A stretch of DNA of 64,000 nucleotides from Octopus vulgaris (lineage: Eukaryota): assembly GCA_951406725.2 (NCBI GenBank), contig OX597827.1, positions 28,954,001 to 29,018,000 of the forward strand. Direction: 5' to 3'. The notes beneath the pieces were generated by a model that made no database searches, was not told the DNA's origin, and saw only the letters and a program-made list of their open reading frames with translations. A program made the position numbers and the translations under genes. Positions 57,566 to 64,000 of this stretch are shown here, piece after piece; positions within the stretch are counted from its first letter, which is position 1; each line of letters starts with the position of its first letter.

Positions 57566-57982
57566 TTGTTCGACCATGGTCGAGACAATGGAATTTACTA
57601 TGCTACACCAGACTTCACGGTCCATCATAGCATTACGGAGGTCCTGTTGCTGATACCAGTATCCCTGGAGATTACGTCAGGGTAGGAGAGTGTGCGCCCT
57701 CTGGTATCGCGAGTAGATGGCTTCCAGAGAAGAGTAGAAATTGCCTCGTTTTCAGCTCTACAACAATGTCCAGCAAACTGGACTCTCCTACCTTTCACAA
57801 GAGATGACGCAGGTGGTAGTTCCCCATATATTTGCATTTTGGTTGGATGACGCTTCCACGAGAGATTTTGATTTCTCATAAGGAGGCGAGTGTAAGTTCC
57901 ATCCAACCGCCTCTCAAGCTTCTTTGATAACGTCCAGGTTTCTGAGCCATATAGTAGAATTGGTTCGACTGTGGCTTTGAAG

Positions 57983-57983
<1 letters not shown>
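57563..57983 (-). mobile_element. 3' end of an RTE/RTE-X-clade LINE in (TA)n
   Basis: [49 protein letters not shown]; (TA)n on both sides. Confidence 0.85.
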
Positions 57984-58071
<88 letters not shown>

Positions 58072-58075
58072 TATT

Positions 58076-58154
<79 letters not shown>

Positions 58155-58156
<2 letters not shown>

Positions 58157-58407
58157 AGGCGCAATGGCCCAGTGGTTAGGGCAGCGGACTCGCGGTCGTA
58201 GGTCGCAGTTTCGATTCCCAGACCGGGCGTTGTGTGTGTTTATTGAAGCTCCACGATGCTCCGGCAAGGGGTGGTGATCTCTGCTGTACTCTTTCACCAC
58301 TCTTTCTCTCACTCTTTCTTAGCCAGCGGGGTGGCATCATGCGAACGCATTGTGACCAGCGATGTGTAGCAACATCTGATGGTCTGGTCAGTCACGTGAT
58401 CACGTGA
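58155..58407 (+). mobile_element. SINE with family B head and a third tail type
   Basis: Head matches 7614/8532; the tail ends gtcacgtgatcacgtgac. Confidence 0.82.
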
Positions 58408-58688
58408 CACATATATATATATATATATATATCTTTCATCGTTTACTTGCTTCAATCGTTAGACTGTGATCATGTCAGGGCACCGCCTTGAATAATTTTA
58501 GTCGTTGAAAACAACCCCAGTACTTATTTTTTAACAGTCTGTTACTTAGTCTATCGGATCTTTTGCTGAGCCGCTAAGCTATGGGCTCGAAAACACACCA
58601 ACGGTGGTTATGAATCGGTGGGGGAGGGCATACACACATCCACGAACGCACAAGCACATAATACAAGCGCGCGCATATACATACATGC

Positions 58689-58718
<30 letters not shown>

Positions 58719-58720
<2 letters not shown>

Positions 58721-58976
58721 CCGTAAATATAAGAGAGTTAACGTTAAATAGGTTAACTCTAGTGCTAGAAATAGCTCTTCCGGTATAATCGCCGACGATA
58801 CCTCCACATAGAAATAGCACTACCCTCAACGTAAGGAAAGCTATTTCTAGCACTAGAGTTAACCTATTTAACGTTAACTCTCTTATATTTACGGATAAAT
58901 ATGTATTGTCTCCCTGGTTTATTGTGTTAAAATAAGGGTATTATTAAATTAATATCTAACTTTTCACCCTCATTTT

Positions 58977-58978
<2 letters not shown>
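58719..58978. mobile_element. Small fold-back element in (TA)n with ~58-bp perfect arms
   Basis: atccgtaaatataagagagttaacg...gaaatagct / agctatttc...cgttaactctcttatatttacggat; one-sided extension to ~58978. Confidence 0.65.
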
Positions 58979-59012
<34 letters not shown>

Positions 59013-59049
59013 AAAAAAGGTTTGAAAGTGCAATTTAAACGATGTTTAT

Positions 59050-59094
59050 TTACTTAACCGGTTTCACTCTTTGGTAAAAGATTGTCAAAAGTAA
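59050..59094 (-). ncRNA. Hammerhead-like motif with UUGACAA core (mirror copy at 63194-63238)
   Basis: uuacuu UUGACAA ucuuu-uacc-aaaga gu GAAA ccgg UU aaguaa; 6-bp stem I, palindromic AACCGGUU. Confidence 0.5.
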
Positions 59095-59652
59095 CATTAA
59101 AAGTATCATTGAATAATATGGGTTCAAAAAAGTTTTTTACATAATTGTCACATTGAATATTATGCATTCAAAAAAGTTTTTTACATAATTGTCACATTGG
59201 ATATTATGAATTCAAAAATGTTTTTTTATACAAAATTGTCACATTACATGTATAAATATAGTGTTTGGTAACAGAGAAGTTCAATAGTGTGATGAGAATA
59301 TTTGGAAAAATTGGCAGAAAAGGATAAAACAAATATATTATTGGAAATTTGGTTGCGTTAATTATTGGTTGTCGCAAATTGTCACATTACATGTATATAT
59401 ATACAGCCTTTGGTATATATATACAATCTATTGACAGCAAAAATTAAAATGGATTTTTTATACATCTCAGAATATTTTAAGTTGAAGGCGAGAATATGTT
59501 GTTACTAACCTGTTTGTTTTAGCAGAAAGGTTGAATTGAGAGAAAAAAGGTTGTACCCAGTGTGGTGCATACTCCCCTTCAAGCATCAATGGTTTTGGGG
59601 TTATCAGGAGGTTAGTATGCCTGCTAGTCAAGCAGCGTCTGTTTGTCACACA

Positions 59653-59686
<34 letters not shown>

Positions 59687-60458
59687 ACAACAACACACAC
59701 ACACACACATAGTATACAAACACACACCACATACACACAACACACACACACACACACACACAGAACACACACACACAACGCACCCACATATATAATATAT
59801 ACACACAACACACAAATATAACATGTATTTATATATAATATACACACACATATATATATAACACACATACACACACAACACACACACACACACACACACA
59901 CAACACACGCACACATCCATACATAATATAAATATCACACAAATACACCTAGCATATATATACACATACAATATACAAATACAGCATGTATATAATACAC
60001 ATACACAATATATGCATGCAATATACGTACGCAATACATACATATAATATATATATATATAGACAATGCATATACATATATACATGTATACATATAAATA
60101 GTGTTTACATACACATACATAGATATACCACATATACACACAATATACATACATACAATGCATACACATACACGTGCGCATACATATAATATATATAAAT
60201 ACACACACATATAACATACACAATGCATACATATATATACACGCAATGCATATACATGTATTCATGCACATATGGCACACCTACAATATACATATATACA
60301 ATGCACACATACACACACATATATACACTTAATTGTACACATACATATACAATACACATACATACAATATACATATACACAATGCGCATGCAAATAATGC
60401 ACATGTTTATACACGCATAAACATGCAAATAAATATATACACACACATATACATACAC

Positions 60459-60511
<53 letters not shown>

Positions 60512-61181
60512 CATACATACATACATGCACATACATATATTTTTTCACACACATACACATACATATATATATAAAAAATTCACACACACACCTACACACA
60601 CAAATTACAAACCTATAGCGTACACACTCAAATATATCTCTACATACCGCACACACACACAAACAATGTACTCACATATACATACATACCATGCATATAC
60701 ACACACAAAACACTCACATATATATATATATATATAAAAACAAATACACATGTAAATACATACACACGTATACAATGCTCACACACACACACACACACAC
60801 ATACACACACACACGCACACAGTGCACACACACACACACACATATATACACACGTGCACACACACACACACACAACGCGCGCACACACACACACACACAT
60901 ACACACACACGCACACAGTGCACACACACACACACATATATATATACACACGCGCACACACACACACACAACGTGCACACACACACACACACACAACACT
61001 CACACACATACATAACCTACATATATATAATGCATGCGTGTGTATGCCACGTATGTGTGCGGTCAATGCCCGCTAGTGTGTCCTATGCGTGCCGATGCGT
61101 GCATGTGCCCGCCCGCACGATATGCTGTGAGTGTGCGCGTGTCCCTGTGTGCTTGCTCTGGATGTGTTTCCAGGGGGTATG

Positions 61182-61520
61182 TTAGAGTATGTTTAGTTGT
61201 GGTCTGTATTTTTGAATAAGATTACTTTCCTTATTTATTCGTGTTTGGTCTGTGGTGTTGTCCGAGCATTGGTATAGTGGGAAGACTAAGAATTTGGGGG
61301 ACTTATTGTGTGCACAAAGGTCTAAGTGTCCACTTAGTGGTATCTGTCTTGTGGAGGGGTCCCTCAGTTGTTGTCGGTGAACTGTCATTCTTTCTCTGAG
61401 GGTAAGGCTCGTTTGCCCTATGTAGTCTTCGTGGCATCCTTCACACCTTATGACGTAGAGTAAATTTTTTGATGCGCACGTGAAATTATTTTTTATGATG
61501 AATGTGTGTCCCGAGTGGAC
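61182..61520 (-). pseudogene. PLE GIY-YIG endonuclease domain, open but 5'-truncated
   Basis: Extending the ORF upstream gives FTCASKNLLYVIRCEGCHEDYIGQTSLTLRERMTVHRQQ..PLSGH..R..KE..I.KYRPQLN*, with LLY/YIG, CxxC, R, H, E and N motifs. Confidence 0.9.
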
Positions 61521-61539
61521 ACACTGTGTGCGTGTGTGT

Positions 61540-61570
<31 letters not shown>

Positions 61571-61609
61571 AGCATTGTATACGTGTGTATGTATTTACAT
61601 GTGTATTTG

Positions 61610-61643
<34 letters not shown>

Positions 61644-61844
61644 AGTGTTTTGTGTGTATATGCATGGTATGTATGTATATGTGAGTACATTGTTTGTGTG
61701 TGTGTGCGGTATGTAGAGATATATTTGAGTGTGTACGCTATAGGTTTGTAATTTGTGTGTGTGGGTGTGTGTGTGAATTTTTTATATATATATGTATGTG
61801 TATGTGTGTGAAAAAATATATGTATGTGCATGTATGTATGTATG

Positions 61845-61889
<45 letters not shown>

Positions 61890-62605
61890 GTGTGTGTGTA
61901 TATTTATTTGCATGTTTATGCGTGTATAAACATGTGCATTATTTGCATGCGCATTGTGTATATGTATATTGTATGTATGTGTATTGTATATGTATGTGTA
62001 CAATTAAGTGTATATATGTGTGTGTATGTGTGCATTGTATATATGTATATTGTAGGTGTGCCATATGTGCATGAATACATGTATATGCAGTGCGTGTATA
62101 TATATGTATGCATTGTGTATGTATGTTATATGTGTGTGTATTTATATATATTATATGTATGCGCACGTGTATGTGTATGCATTGTATGTATGTATATTGT
62201 GTGTATATGTGGTATATCTATGTATGTGTATGTAAACACTATTTATATGTATACATGTATATATGTATATGCATTGTCTATATATATATATATTATATGT
62301 ATGTATTGCGTACGTATATTGCATGCATATATTGTGTATGTGTATTATATACATGCTGTATTTGTATATTGTATGTGTATATATATATGCTAGGTGTATT
62401 TGTGCGATATTTATATTATGTATGGATGTGTGCGTGTGTTGTGTGTGTGTGTGTGTGTGTGTGTGTTGTGTGTGTATGTGTGTTATATATATATGTGTGT
62501 GTATATTATATATAAATACATGTTATATTTGTGTGTTGTGTGTATATATTATATATGTGGGTGCGTTGTGTGTGTGTGTGTGTTCTGTGTGTGTGTTGAT
62601 GTTGT

Positions 62606-62638
<33 letters not shown>

Positions 62639-63313
62639 GTGTGACAAACAGACGCTGCTTGACCAGCAGGCATACTAACCTCCTGATAACCCCAAAACCA
62701 TTGATGCTTGAAGGGGAGTATACACCACACTGGGTACAACCTTTTTTCTCTCAATTCAACCTTTCTGCTAAAACAAACAGGTTAGTAACAACATATTCTC
62801 GCCTTCAACTTAAAATATTCTGAGATGTATAAAAGATCCATTTTAATTTTTGCTGTCAATAGATTGTATATATATACCAAAGGCTGTATATATATACATG
62901 TAATGTGACAATTTGCGACAACCAATAATTAACGCAACCAAATTTCCAATAATATATTTGTTTTATCCTTTTCTGCCAATTTTTCCAAATATTCTCATCA
63001 TACTATTGAACTTCTCTGTTACCAAACTATATTTATACATGTAATGTGACAATTTTGTATAAAAAAACATTTTTGAATTCATAATATCCAATGTGACAAT
63101 TATGTAAAAAACTTTTTTGAATGCATAATATTCAATGTGACAATTATGTAAAAAACTTTTTTGAACCCATATTATTCAATGATACTTTTAATGTTACTTT
63201 TGACAATCTTTTACCAAAGAGTGAAACCGCTTAAGTAAATAAACATCGTTTAAATTGCATTTTCAAACCTTTTTTCTTATATAATCCCACTCGTGCGATA
63301 CCCCACAACTCAA

Positions 63314-63357
<44 letters not shown>

Positions 63358-63394
63358 TAGAGAGAGAGAGAGAGAGAGTGAGAGAGAGAGAGAG

Positions 63395-64000
63395 AATTCA
63401 CAAAAAAAAGAGGAAGACAGGTGTTGTAGACAACAAACAAATGTATTAGTTTAACGCTCGCGAAGTGAAATAAGTCTTTAACGTTTTCAGCCTACCCTCT
63501 TCCACCGAAAGGAACACAGAAAGAAACAGGGAGAAAAAATAAAGAAAGTGTAGTGTCTAGCGATCTATCATGGAAGCAATGAAAGGACAAAGGGAGAAAC
63601 AGAAAGAAAAGGGGGAAGAAAGGGAGAAGAGAAGACGAAAGGGGAAACGAAAAGGAGGGAGAGTGAGGCAAGGTAACAGGTGCGTATTAGAGAAAACAGA
63701 GTAAGAACTACAAGAGTATGAAGAAACGACAATAGGAAAAAGCAGAAAGTACAAAAAAGTTTAGAAAGTATAAAAACGTTACGAAAAGTTCAAAAGATTC
63801 AAATGTCTTGGTGTATTGGAGCGATTCCTCATTAACGGAAGAGTCCAGTGTAATCCATGAGTAGGAGAGGTTCGGCTGAAGTGCAGGAGAGTAGAAAATC
63901 CAGGTAGAGAATCCAGGTAGAATAGTCTGAAGTGTAGAAGGTGTAGAAAATCCGAGAAAAGTTCGTTGGGCTATGAGGTGGAGACAGAATCAAAGTGTTG
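63395..64000 (-). mobile_element. Degenerate PLE-type 3' region running off the window
   Basis: 63395-63515 is homologous to 30050-30178 and abuts (GA)n/(TA)n; the extent beyond 63515 is uncertain. Confidence 0.45.

Larger units (their letters stand above)
59011..63317. mobile_element. 4.3-kb palindromic Penelope-like insertion in (TA)n
   Basis: Arms 59011-60824 and 61522-63277 are near-identical inverted copies; the spacer holds a GIY-YIG ORF end. Confidence 0.88.

Noticed and set aside
58770-58850. Hammerhead in the 58.7-kb fold-back
   Set aside because: GAAA-gc-TA is present, but there is no CUGANGA-like core on either strand.
59110-59250. CRISPR-like array
   Set aside because: Three degenerate ~43-bp tandem units without unique spacers, inside a eukaryotic PLE UTR.

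Overview
AT-rich, microsatellite-saturated eukaryotic DNA with no confidently identifiable host gene. The mix of tRNA-derived SINEs and (TA)n/(TACA)n/(GATA)n/(TAA)n arrays looks like an octopus (coleoid cephalopod) genome; this is an inference. Almost all ORFs in the track are microsatellite artefacts. The real coding remnants are transposon-derived: an L1/Tx1-clade LINE in (GATA)n, two R4/Dong-type RLE elements next to (TAA)n, RTE and HERO-like 3' ends, a maT/DD37D-like Tc1/mariner relic, and two Penelope-like elements (PLEs) with GIY-YIG domains. Mariner and hAT MITEs, a non-autonomous Helitron and many SINEs are also present. The most striking signal is a recurring architecture of head-to-head fold-back elements whose 3' ends point outward and mostly carry type I hammerhead ribozyme (HHR) motifs with palindromic stem III. 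These include (i) two copies of a tRNA-headed, (TAA)n-spaced, HHR-tailed palindromic element, apparently a Pol III SINE built on a Penelope-type 3' end; (ii) a 491-nt retrozyme-like unit with a complete HHR; and (iii) a 4.3-kb PLE palindrome with a GIY-YIG core and a U3-A8 variant HHR-like motif. All structures were read by eye; family names and novelty need database checks.
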